From positions 1 through 64,000 of the IMG/VR virus record IMGVR_UViG_3300032116_000065: DNA of 64,000 nucleotides; one strand, given 5' to 3'. Below, one piece after another: positions 1-7,235 of this stretch; within the stretch, counting starts at the first letter, position 1; every line of letters begins with the position of its first letter. Made by a program: the position numbers and the translations under genes. The notes beneath the pieces were generated by a model. It ran no database searches. It was not told where the DNA came from and worked only from the letters and a program-made list of their open reading frames with translations. Source of the stretch: a virus.

Positions 1-5
1 TGTTA

Positions 6-35
6 TATCTTACTATATGTATTCGCAAAAGTCAA
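6..35 (-). promoter_or_regulatory. sigma70-type promoter TTGACT-N17-TAAGAT, reading out of the window
   Basis: Hexamers and 17-nt spacing read directly on the minus strand. Confidence 0.55.
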
Positions 36-36
36 C

Positions 37-113
37 TGGTGGGACCACTTGGACTTGAACCAAGAATCAACAAATTATGAGTTTGCTGCATTAACCAATT
101 ATGCTATAGTCCC
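37..113 (-). tRNA. tRNA with CAT anticodon (Ile2 or Met)
   Basis: Cloverleaf, anticodon loop CTCATAA, GTTCAAG T-loop, encoded CCA. Confidence 0.9.
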
Positions 114-118
114 TCGTT

Positions 119-769
119 CTATAATTCCACCCAATGTCTGTCTTGAGGCTCAAACTTTGTTTCATAAGAAATCGGAAAACTGATGCTGAGACGTTTTGAC
201 AAACTAATTGCACGATGATATACTTTCATAGGAATAAAGATGGCATCTCCTGGAGACATGACAACTTCAATCAGGGGGCTTTCTTCTAGATGCTCTGCGT
301 TTTTTTCTTTTACGTCACAACCCCAGATTTGGAATCTAGAGGAACCCTCAATCTGTACAATCAGATTATGCGAATTATCCCAATGTATGCCAAAACCCCT
401 GGATAAATCTTCAGCAACTGTAAAGTAAATGTGCGCATCAACGCAAGAATTAGTAAAAGTAGATTCGAGTTCTTTACAAATAGAGTTGACCTTTTTGTTC
501 ACTCTTGATGCATCAATTATGGAGCATAAATTTGTTCTCAACTCTCTTTCTAAGAGAGTTGGTGGATATGTATTGACATCCGTCAACCAACCTTGATTGT
601 TCCACGAATATTCTTCTTTGTTTATAAATTTGAGGCGTTGATGATTTACAAATGGTCTCAAATTTAATAAGTTTTCTAACTCTCGCCAAGAAAAGATATT
701 TGGAAAAGCATTGATGAAGTGACTTGGTTGCAGTTTTTCAATCTCACTTTTTACTTTAGATGCAATCAT
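119..769 (-). CDS. JmjC/cupin-domain Fe(II)/2OG oxygenase
   Basis: FGIHWD...LIVQIEG and PGDAIFIP...HRA...SISF, giving an HxD...H facial triad. Confidence 0.8.
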   Translation of the reverse strand: MIASKVKSEIEKLQPSHFINAFPNIFSWRELENLLNLRPFVNHQRLKFINKEEYSWNNQGWLTDVNTYPPTLLERELRTNLCSIIDASRVNKKVNSICKELESTFTNSCVDAHIYFTVAEDLSRGFGIHWDNSHNLIVQIEGSSRFQIWGCDVKEKNAEHLEESPLIEVVMSPGDAIFIPMKVYHRAISLSKRLSISFPISYETKFEPQDRHWVEL

Positions 770-1338
770 ACTTGTTTTATATTAAACGATATCGATATTC
801 GAGTCAAGTCGCCATCAGATGGAAGAACATCATGAGATGTCCATGAAGGGAATATCATCATCATTCCATTAACAGGTTTATAAAAAATAGCATGATGAAA
901 AAAGTTATTCTTTTCGGACAATTTTAATGGATAATGTTTTTGTAAAAACAAGTCATCAAAAAAGCGAATGTTTCCAGTGTTCTCGTCTGTTTGAATGTAT
1001 ATCACACCTGAGAATGCACTTGATGGGTGCACATGTTTCTCGTTGTAATCACCACGTTGATTAATGTTGATCCAAATATTGTCTAGTTCTAAGCGAAGTC
1101 CATCTTCTATTTCTTTTGCAATTTTATCACATCGATGTTCTATCTCAGACTTTATGGTGCCAAAACTTTTTAAGTCTTGCACGTTTAAATCTCGACTTTG
1201 CCATCCACCACGATTTGTAAAAATTCTATTTGGATAGTTGTTATTTTTTAATTCTAAACACTCGTTTGCAATATCACTACAATTGATGTTGAGATGATCG
1301 ATCCATATAGGTGTAAAAAACCAATTCTCTCTTTTCAT
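766..1338 (-). CDS. putative 2OG-Fe(II) oxygenase (TIGR02466-like); start moved to MKRENW
   Basis: WININ...HVH...SGVIY...IFPSW..HDV...RISISFN; GAGG upstream of ATG 1338; the longer ORF runs over tRNAs. Confidence 0.8.
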   Translation of the reverse strand: MKRENWFFTPIWIDHLNINCSDIANECLELKNNNYPNRIFTNRGGWQSRDLNVQDLKSFGTIKSEIEHRCDKIAKEIEDGLRLELDNIWININQRGDYNEKHVHPSSAFSGVIYIQTDENTGNIRFFDDLFLQKHYPLKLSEKNNFFHHAIFYKPVNGMMMIFPSWTSHDVLPSDGDLTRISISFNIKQV

Positions 1339-1350
1339 AAGCACCTCAAA

Positions 1351-1425
1351 TGGAGTTGCGGACTGGACTCGCACCAGCATAAAAGAGTTTTGCAGACTCT
1401 TGCATAACTTTTCTGCCACCGCAAC
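1351..1425 (-). tRNA. tRNA-Cys(GCA)
   Basis: Cloverleaf with CCA; T-loop reads TGCGAG instead of TTCGA. Confidence 0.88.
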
Positions 1426-1426
1426 G

Positions 1427-1502
1427 TGGTAGCAACGGTTGGACTCGAACCAACGATAAACTCCGTATGAAGGAGGTGCATTAGCCACTATGCTACGTTG
1501 CC
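1427..1502 (-). tRNA. tRNA-Met(CAT)
   Basis: Cloverleaf, anticodon loop TTCATAC, CCA. Confidence 0.88.
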
Positions 1503-1504
1503 AT

Positions 1505-1590
1505 TGGCGGAAGGCAGTGTAATCGAAACACATTCCCGAGGGAACCATCTGTTTAGCAAACAGCGACAAATCCTCTCTGCTTTACCTTCC
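1505..1590 (-). tRNA. tRNA-Ser(GCT)
   Basis: Long variable arm, GCT anticodon, G discriminator plus CCA. Confidence 0.85.
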
Positions 1591-1595
1591 TAAAC

Positions 1596-1672
1596 TGGCG
1601 ACTCGGATGGGACTTGAACCCACGACCTCATGCGTGACAGGCATGTGAACTAACCAACTGTTCTACCGAGCC
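1596..1672 (-). tRNA. tRNA-Asp(GTC)
   Basis: Canonical cloverleaf, CCA. Confidence 0.95.
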
Positions 1673-1677
1673 ATGAT

Positions 1678-1754
1678 TGGTGGGACAAGATGGATTCGAA
1701 CCATCGACCTCAGTCTTATCAGGACTGTGCGCTAACCAACTGTGCCATTGTCCC
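1678..1754 (-). tRNA. tRNA-Ile(GAT)
   Basis: Canonical cloverleaf, CCA. Confidence 0.95.
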
Positions 1755-1763
1755 GAAATAAAA

Positions 1764-1849
1764 TGGTGGGAAAGGAAGGAATCGAACCTACTCAGCCGAT
1801 GGCGCCAGATTTACAGTCTGGTGTGACTCTCCAACTTCACCGCTTGCCC
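1764..1849 (-). tRNA. tRNA-Tyr(GTA)
   Basis: Long variable arm, GTA anticodon, CCA; one acceptor-stem mismatch. Confidence 0.9.
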
Positions 1850-1858
1850 ACATAAACT

Positions 1859-1932
1859 TGGCTGAGGAGCATGGATTCGAACCACGATAAGCAGGATCAA
1901 AACCTGCTGTCCTGCCGTTAGACGACTCCTCA
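1859..1932 (-). tRNA. tRNA-Gln(TTG)
   Basis: Cloverleaf, CCA. Confidence 0.93.
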
Positions 1933-1940
1933 ATAAAAAG

Positions 1941-2272
1941 TGCAGGATGAGATAACTGGGTTTGCTCGTTCTAGGCATCCGATGGAGGCAACACATTACT
2001 GCTTGCCACATCCTGCGAAAAAGTTGCTTCTCCCTGCTGGTGGTCACTTTTCATCCACTTCACAACACAGGGAGATTCTCGTATTGCCAACGACCGTTCG
2101 GTTGGACGGCAGATTTCTCTGGGCATCATTGACTCATCTGCGTTGCCGCAGTAAGGTGTTGCCAAACCACCCATGCTTGTCACAGCATTTCTTTATCGTC
2201 TGGGTCAGACTAGCCACTAACAATGGCGCGACAAGATAGCCGAAGCGTACATTGCTGCAGAGGCTTCGGGCA
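1941..2272 (-). ncRNA. candidate structured ncRNA, part 3' of tRNA-Ala
   Basis: Consecutive stems CCGAAGC/GCTTCGG, CTTGTCGC/GTGACAAG, CTGCG-GCAA-CGCAG, CTCCCTG/CAGGGAG, GCAGGATG/CATCCTGC; no credible ORF. Confidence 0.6.
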
Positions 2273-2277
2273 TATTT

Positions 2278-2352
2278 TGGTGGAGGATGAGAGAATCGAA
2301 CTCTCAACTCTGCGATGCAAACGCAGCGTGTTCCCATTAGCACTAATCCCCC
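2278..2352 (-). tRNA. tRNA-Ala(TGC)
   Basis: Cloverleaf, G3:U70 pair, CCA. Confidence 0.93.
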
Positions 2353-2357
2353 AAATA

Positions 2358-2510
2358 AGGTGTGGGCTACCATTCAAGGTTTGTCTTAATCCTTACCCCC
2401 ACACAGCAAGGCTGCAATCCGTTCTGCCTCATAATTCAATCAGTGCTACCGAAACGGATAAGCCCTTACACTGATAGGATGAACCCGACAGATGCATCTG
2501 CAGGTCACCA
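2358..2510 (-). ncRNA. candidate structured ncRNA, part 5' of tRNA-Ala
   Basis: Stems ATCAGTGT/GCACTGAT and GTGTGGG/CCCACAC; loop-loop complement ATCCGTT/AACGGAT. Confidence 0.55.
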
Positions 2511-2513
2511 AGA

Positions 2514-2588
2514 TGGCTGGCGTGGTAGGGATCGAACCTACGACAGAGTGATTAACAGTCACTTGATCTACCGCTGATCTACACGCCA
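2514..2588 (-). tRNA. tRNA-Asn(GTT)
   Basis: Cloverleaf, CCA. Confidence 0.95.
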
Positions 2589-2598
2589 AAAACTAAAC

Positions 2599-2672
2599 TG
2601 GCTTCCCGATACGGACTCGAACCGCAACCAAGAGTTTTGGAGACTCGTATGCTTCCATTACACCATCGGGAA
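2599..2672 (-). tRNA. tRNA-Trp(CCA)
   Basis: Cloverleaf, CCA. Confidence 0.92.
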
Positions 2673-2674
2673 AT

Positions 2675-2750
2675 TGGTGGGTCTAGCAGGACTCGAACCT
2701 GCATCAAACTGGTTAAGAGCCAGATATAATCACCGTTATACGATAGACCC
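2675..2750 (-). tRNA. tRNA-Lys(CTT)
   Basis: Cloverleaf, CCA. Confidence 0.92.
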
Positions 2751-2757
2751 AAACGTA

Positions 2758-2831
2758 TGGTAGGGCTGGAGGGTAACGCTCCCTCTTTTACGGATTAAAA
2801 GTCCGTTACATCACTTTAATGTTTCAACCCC
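2758..2831 (-). tRNA. atypical tRNA-Lys(TTT)
   Basis: Acceptor and anticodon stems and CCA intact; T-loop AGCGTTA and A8 are non-canonical. Confidence 0.8.
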
Positions 2832-2853
2832 AAAAAATCATAACAAAGTAATC

Positions 2854-2928
2854 TGGTGAACCCAAGGGAATTCGAATCCCTATTCCATCCGTGAAAGGGA
2901 TGTGTCCTAACCGTTAGACGATGGGTCC
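2854..2928 (-). tRNA. tRNA-Glu(TTC)
   Basis: Cloverleaf, CCA. Confidence 0.93.
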
Positions 2929-2934
2929 AAAAAT

Positions 2935-3009
2935 TGGTGCCTTCAGAGAGATTTGAACTCCCAACCTACTGATTACAAATCAGTTGCACTACCGTTGTGC
3001 TATGAAGGC
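2935..3009 (-). tRNA. tRNA-Thr(TGT)
   Basis: Cloverleaf, CCA. Confidence 0.95.
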
Positions 3010-3098
3010 AGAATTGATACCTGCCCCAACTCCCGCAGAATATCGTGGTCTCCCATCTCTGAATAGAGAATCAAAACCTTACCCAAGAATCATTTCAA

Positions 3099-3110
3099 TT
3101 TTAAACAGCA
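3099..3110 (-). promoter_or_regulatory. boxA-like antitermination site TGCTGTTTAAAA in the tRNA-operon leader
   Basis: 10/12 match to rrn boxA TGCTCTTTAACA, about 30 nt after the predicted start. Confidence 0.5.
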
Positions 3111-3145
3111 AGAGCAATCGCGAAGGACGCTCAACTCATACAATC

Positions 3146-3205
3146 ATTATACCGTATGAGGTCTTACAAGTAAACTAAAAAAACTCTATAAAAATCAATA
3201 ACTTA
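3146..3205 (-). promoter_or_regulatory. tRNA-operon promoter (TTTACT-N17-TATAAT) with upstream IHF site
   Basis: T4-early-like GTTTAC -35, perfect -10; AATCAATAACTTA at 3193-3205 matches WATCAANNNNTTR, with an A-tract. Confidence 0.75.
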
Positions 3206-3317
3206 GAAAAAGGTCGCAGTTTTCGATGCAGGGAGGGAAACAACTAGTAGCATCTTGGGACTTTGTCCTACCAAAAAAGTTTTGGGCGTCGCGAATCACG
3301 CAGAAAATTGTCAGTCT

Positions 3318-3346
3318 AGTATATAGTACAATTTCAAAAAAATCAA
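3318..3346 (-). promoter_or_regulatory. sigma70-type promoter TTGATT-N17-TATACT
   Basis: Hexamers and 17-nt spacing. Confidence 0.5.
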
Positions 3347-3492
3347 GTTTCTCGAACTGCTTTCAGCAAAATCCAAACGTAAAAAAGAACAATCGCAGTT
3401 GAGATCCAGCCCCAAACAGTTCCTCTGTTTACAACAGCAAAGTAAATGTTTAGAGCCAAAACTAACAAGTCAATCAATGGTGCATACTTCAT
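3343..3492 (-). CDS. small two-TM membrane protein (49 aa, not in ORF track)
   Basis: MKYAPLIDLLVLALNIYFAVVNRGTVWGWISTAIVLFYVWILLKAVRET; ATGA-coupled to the upstream gene. Confidence 0.6.
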   Translation of the reverse strand: MKYAPLIDLLVLALNIYFAVVNRGTVWGWISTAIVLFYVWILLKAVRET

Positions 3493-3677
3493 GCATACTC
3501 CGTTACTTTATCGAGACGCTTCATCGGGAAAGCACACTTGCCTTCTTTGCGCATTCGCACTTGATATTCTACCGTACAATCGAAACAGATGTCAAGTGTT
3601 TTACTATTCTTGACAGTTTGCAATTCAGTCTGATAGACCTTCCACTGATACTCGCTGAAACAGGATGGCTTGATCAC
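3489..3677 (-). CDS. hypothetical small Cys-containing protein
   Basis: Coupled ORF in the early-gene run; CxxC plus two further Cys. Confidence 0.6.
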   Translation of the reverse strand: MIKPSCFSEYQWKVYQTELQTVKNSKTLDICFDCTVEYQVRMRKEGKCAFPMKRLDKVTEYA

Positions 3678-3985
3678 AATGGCAACTCCTGTTGTGCTTC
3701 GTGAAACTTGCGTATCTGTTCGGCATTGAATTCATCAATAGCATCGGAATCTCGATCAAGAATATGACAATATTCGCCAATCAGATCTTCAAACTGAAGA
3801 AACAGTTTATCGAACTTGGCTTGATAAAGAGCCTCTATACCCAAAAGCATATTGGCAATCTTATCCTCTCGATCAACCTCGAGTGGAGCATCAAGAAGAT
3901 ACTCAGTCACAGTCCGAATGTCGCTGGTCACATTCCAGCAATTCATAATCTGTTGTTCAAAATCAAAACGATCAAACTTTTTCAT
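3674..3985 (-). CDS. hypothetical protein
   Basis: Overlapping neighbours, SD-like GAGG. Confidence 0.7.
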   Translation of the reverse strand: MKKFDRFDFEQQIMNCWNVTSDIRTVTEYLLDAPLEVDREDKIANMLLGIEALYQAKFDKLFLQFEDLIGEYCHILDRDSDAIDEFNAEQIRKFHEAQQELPL

Positions 3986-4160
3986 TGTTTACATCCTCAA
4001 AGTCAAACCACTCACAAATCTCATTCAATACTGCTTGTTCAATCTGGCTATGAATATAATGTGGTTCTGGGGTATCACTATGTTTGTGTGCACGATTCCA
4101 TCCAAGCATCACGCCATTCTCAACACACTGAGCAATTAGATTGTATTCTTTTGCTTTCAT
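3972..4160 (-). CDS. hypothetical protein (start MKAKEY)
   Basis: GGAGG SD, ATGA coupling. Confidence 0.65.
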   Translation of the reverse strand: MKAKEYNLIAQCVENGVMLGWNRAHKHSDTPEPHYIHSQIEQAVLNEICEWFDFEDVNNEKV

Positions 4161-4453
4161 TTTACAACCTCCCAGCGTGGCGTTCTGTGCCAAACGATCT
4201 TTGAATTTGTTTTTTCATACTGCTCAACCAACTGCTGCAATGTCCACACATCATCAGTCTCAACAGTATCAAGCCAATCACTGAAAGTGGCATAATCACT
4301 AGACTTCATTATTGGCAAACCGATTTCTTCTGGATAACTCCAATCGCCACCATACATGTCGATACGACCACCAGCCCAATCACTGCCATGCTCTTTGATC
4401 CAATCTATATTGATCGGACCCATGAAATTGGTACTGTAATGAATAGGCATCAC
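4157..4453 (-). CDS. hypothetical protein
   Basis: Coupled ORF. Confidence 0.7.
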   Translation of the reverse strand: MMPIHYSTNFMGPINIDWIKEHGSDWAGGRIDMYGGDWSYPEEIGLPIMKSSDYATFSDWLDTVETDDVWTLQQLVEQYEKTNSKIVWHRTPRWEVVK

Positions 4454-4689
4454 TCGTTGCCTTCACCATAATACTTCAACACAGTCTTGAATGCATCGAT
4501 GTGTCGCTGAATCTCAGCAATGTCTTTCTTCTTGTTTGTGTCGAAGATAGCCATGCCAGTTCCAGCCTTGCGGTTCTCAAGATCAACTTCAAGATTCTCA
4601 AGAACACTCTTCATTGCACAAGTTGCGACCTTGTCAATTGTATCCCAATCAAGTTCAACTGTGATTTTCTTGTCCATTTTCATCTCCAA
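4450..4689 (-). CDS. hypothetical protein
   Basis: Coupled ORF. Confidence 0.7.
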   Translation of the reverse strand: MEMKMDKKITVELDWDTIDKVATCAMKSVLENLEVDLENRKAGTGMAIFDTNKKKDIAEIQRHIDAFKTVLKYYGEGNE

Positions 4690-4832
4690 AAAATGCGAAT
4701 AAAGATTGGTCCGATTCGAATGTCACGATACGGATTTCCATTGTTAAATCGAACATCTGATCCAAACGACCAATAATCACTCAGTCTAACATCAATCCAA
4801 CGGTTGAATAATTTGAATTCAAATTTCACCAT
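4680..4832 (-). CDS. small hypothetical protein (start MVKFEF)
   Basis: Fills the gap in the run; GAGG upstream. Confidence 0.45.
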   Translation of the reverse strand: MVKFEFKLFNRWIDVRLSDYWSFGSDVRFNNGNPYRDIRIGPIFIRIFWR

Positions 4833-5271
4833 AGACCTCAAACTCAAACTCACCATCGACAACAGTCACCTTGACCAACTTGCCATCAGCACCACCGCTT
4901 GTGCGCAGATAGTCACGACCACCATCAATCATGTATGGTCCCTTTGCGACATAATCATGCCGATAGCGACTCACAAGAACCTCACCATCATCCGTCAGCA
5001 AGCCAGTGATCGGTTCGCTGAATGCACTTTTGGCATCTGTAATCATCACACCCTGTCCTGGAACCGTGAAGATTCCAAAGTAGTGTGAGTGACCCTGTGA
5101 CAAATCAGGATTCGGTTGATAGAAAACATCAACAGGCATCTCGCTCCAACCACTATCGCGTTTGATTGCCCAGTATCCCATGTACTTGGCTTTGTACTTC
5201 TCTTCGATAATGTTGAGAGCATACTTGTGGTCAAAGTGATACGATTCAGGTGTCTTGATAAACATATTCAT
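4819..5271 (-). CDS. hypothetical phage protein with IDGGRDYLR motif (start MNMFIK)
   Basis: Recurrent phage motif; the promoter at 5278-5306 lies inside the longer ORF. Confidence 0.7.
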   Translation of the reverse strand: MNMFIKTPESYHFDHKYALNIIEEKYKAKYMGYWAIKRDSGWSEMPVDVFYQPNPDLSQGHSHYFGIFTVPGQGVMITDAKSAFSEPITGLLTDDGEVLVSRYRHDYVAKGPYMIDGGRDYLRTSGGADGKLVKVTVVDGEFEFEVYGEI

Positions 5272-5277
5272 ACATCC

Positions 5278-5306
5278 ATTATATACTAGCAAGAATAAAA
5301 AGTAAA
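5278..5306 (-). promoter_or_regulatory. promoter TTTACT-N17-TATAAT
   Basis: Same -35 as the tRNA promoter, perfect -10. Confidence 0.65.
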
Positions 5307-5316
5307 GCAATTCTTG

Positions 5317-5709
5317 CTAACTAAACTCTCTTGAACAGAACGAATAACCTTCTGGATCATCCCAATCCCACTCTGGATTGAACCAGCCTTCCTTGCGACC
5401 TTCTTCGTTGTGAACCTTCACTTTGTAACCTTGTGGGTGATACTCATTTACCACCACATAACCTGGTCTGCCATAAATTTCTATCAATTCAACAAACTTA
5501 TCAAATGGAACCGTACCACCATACTCATCGTAGATAATTTTGTCAACAAGATACTCTTTCCACTTTTGCCAAGTGGTCAAACCATCATACTTGTAACCAT
5601 GGAATGAGAATGCCCAGCCATATGAATTCTTGCCGATGTGATACTTCTCATCGTATCGCTTACAGCATTCGCAAACATTTTCAACAACATAGTAATTAGT
5701 GCCCATCAC
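5317..5709 (-). CDS. hypothetical phage protein (MGTNYY...HIGK.S.GW.F family)
   Basis: Recurrent phage motif, CxCC. Confidence 0.75.
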   Translation of the reverse strand: MMGTNYYVVENVCECCKRYDEKYHIGKNSYGWAFSFHGYKYDGLTTWQKWKEYLVDKIIYDEYGGTVPFDKFVELIEIYGRPGYVVVNEYHPQGYKVKVHNEEGRKEGWFNPEWDWDDPEGYSFCSREFS

Positions 5710-6077
5710 ACAACTCCATAAGTCTGCACAGTCTCGCGAATCCAGAACGCAGCATCTTCAGACTCAGAATCCCAAGAAGAATCTGCATTATACTGACGCA
5801 AGATTTGCTCTGTCGTTTGCAGATCATCCAAGTAGCCACGACCGAACTGCGCAAAACGATCTTGTACATCTTCGCATGCAAAGTCAGAATCCCAAGAAAA
5901 CTCTGATTGAAACGCATCGCATCCGTCACAGGAACCATATGATCCCTGCACCCAACCACGCTGTCCTTGGTATTCCACCAAAGCAACCCATGAGCCTTGC
6001 CAGTCACCAAACTCCTGGAACGCGAGCACTCGCGCACCAGCAGCCTCTAATGATTGTTGATAATCTTTCACACTCAT
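5706..6077 (-). CDS. hypothetical protein with YGSCDGCD motif
   Basis: Coupled ORF, CxxC. Confidence 0.7.
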   Translation of the reverse strand: MSVKDYQQSLEAAGARVLAFQEFGDWQGSWVALVEYQGQRGWVQGSYGSCDGCDAFQSEFSWDSDFACEDVQDRFAQFGRGYLDDLQTTEQILRQYNADSSWDSESEDAAFWIRETVQTYGVV

Positions 6078-6481
6078 TACTTTTTACTCACAGCACCTAT
6101 GTGCTTACAATCTTTACGAAACTCAAACGCCTTACATGTGCAACTGAACTTACCATTCACACGCTGAACAAGATAGACTCGTTTGCCATCTTCGCTCTTG
6201 ACCTTCCATGCCTTTGTCTCAGTTGCGACTTGCGTAGCACCACCGATGATGTATTCAATCTTTACAACATGCTGCGACTTCGCATTGTACTCGCTCACAG
6301 GATGATCAGCCGCACCAGTCTCAACAGCGAACATGAACGGATCGCGGAAGATAGATTGAACAACCACACCCTCGCGAGTGTATGTAACATAATTGTCATA
6401 CTCACCACGATACGCATAAGTGTTCGGATACATCGTAGTGACGCGAACACGAGAACCAACTTTAGGAACTGCAACAGCCAT
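6077..6481 (-). CDS. SWIM zinc-finger protein
   Basis: C-terminal SCTC...CKH; TAATG coupling. Confidence 0.75.
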   Translation of the reverse strand: MAVAVPKVGSRVRVTTMYPNTYAYRGEYDNYVTYTREGVVVQSIFRDPFMFAVETGAADHPVSEYNAKSQHVVKIEYIIGGATQVATETKAWKVKSEDGKRVYLVQRVNGKFSCTCKAFEFRKDCKHIGAVSKK

Positions 6482-6795
6482 TATAATCCCACCCATCGAT
6501 GATCTTTGTACGAATCAGTATTCAACACATTGCCACGAATAAAATTCTTCGCAGGTTGCGCCCACGACGCCGCCTTCAGAATGTCACCATACTTCCAGCC
6601 ATCGTGTTCCTTGATGCAGATGAAAGAGTGCACCGAACGCGAACCCCAACTGGTATTCACAACCTTCAGAAACTTGCGACCACGATCGAACGACACTTGA
6701 TAGTTTCCATCGTGACCACTCTTGTTATAGTTCTCAACAAGATGATCAGCATACTTGTAAAGAGCCATATCAAAATCATAATTTTCGAAAAGCAT
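6481..6795 (-). CDS. hypothetical T4-like phage protein (GDILKAASWAQPAK motif)
   Basis: Recurrent motif; start MLFENY just after the upstream stop. Confidence 0.75.
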   Translation of the reverse strand: MLFENYDFDMALYKYADHLVENYNKSGHDGNYQVSFDRGRKFLKVVNTSWGSRSVHSFICIKEHDGWKYGDILKAASWAQPAKNFIRGNVLNTDSYKDHRWVGL

Positions 6796-6797
6796 AA

Positions 6798-7169
6798 TTA
6801 ACCCCAGTTCTTCCCACTCAAATAACCATACGGCACACCAAGGCAATGTTCAAGATACTCAACATCACCTCGCGTTTCGTGCGCGTCATGCATCATGCGA
6901 ATGCAATCTTCGCGGGTTGAATCAACGACGATCTTCATCGTCTGCTTCACCCAACCCTCAAACTCAGCAATCGCCATATTGTGGTAACGCTGCTCCTCAC
7001 GAATCGAATCGCCGACAGCGTCGACCAATCGATCCCAGAGATGCTGCTTGGCGTCATCGCTGCACGCATCCCAATCAGACCAGAAGAATTCTCCAGGACG
7101 AACGCCATAGGCGTCCTTGTAGAGATCGGAGACGATATTTTCGTCGAAGGTGTAATTTCTTGTTTCCAT
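6798..7169 (-). CDS. hypothetical protein (SDLYKDAYGVRP motif)
   Basis: First gene after the promoter at 7176-7204. Confidence 0.75.
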   Translation of the reverse strand: METRNYTFDENIVSDLYKDAYGVRPGEFFWSDWDACSDDAKQHLWDRLVDAVGDSIREEQRYHNMAIAEFEGWVKQTMKIVVDSTREDCIRMMHDAHETRGDVEYLEHCLGVPYGYLSGKNWG

Positions 7170-7175
7170 ACAACT

Positions 7176-7235
7176 ATTATCGTACAGACAGGCTAAAACA
7201 ACAACAGAAAAAACTCTAATAAAATCAATAACTTA
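7176..7235 (-). promoter_or_regulatory. promoter TTGTTG-N17-GATAAT with upstream IHF site
   Basis: AATCAATAACTTA at 7223-7235, A-tract at 7208-7213. Confidence 0.65.

Noticed and set aside
1339-1569. N-terminal extension of the 267-aa ORF
   Set aside because: It overlaps three tRNAs, and there is a good SD at ATG 1338
1941-2510. tmRNA or RNase P RNA
   Set aside because: tRNA-Ala is a complete standalone cloverleaf; I found no split tRNA-like ends, tag peptide or GAGGAAAGUCC motif
1811-2577. Short ORFs across the tRNA/ncRNA region
   Set aside because: They overlap tRNAs, have no SD or recognisable motifs, and are better explained by RNA structure
5699-6502. 267-aa plus-strand ORF
   Set aside because: It is antisense to coupled minus-strand genes with recognisable motifs and has no domain signal
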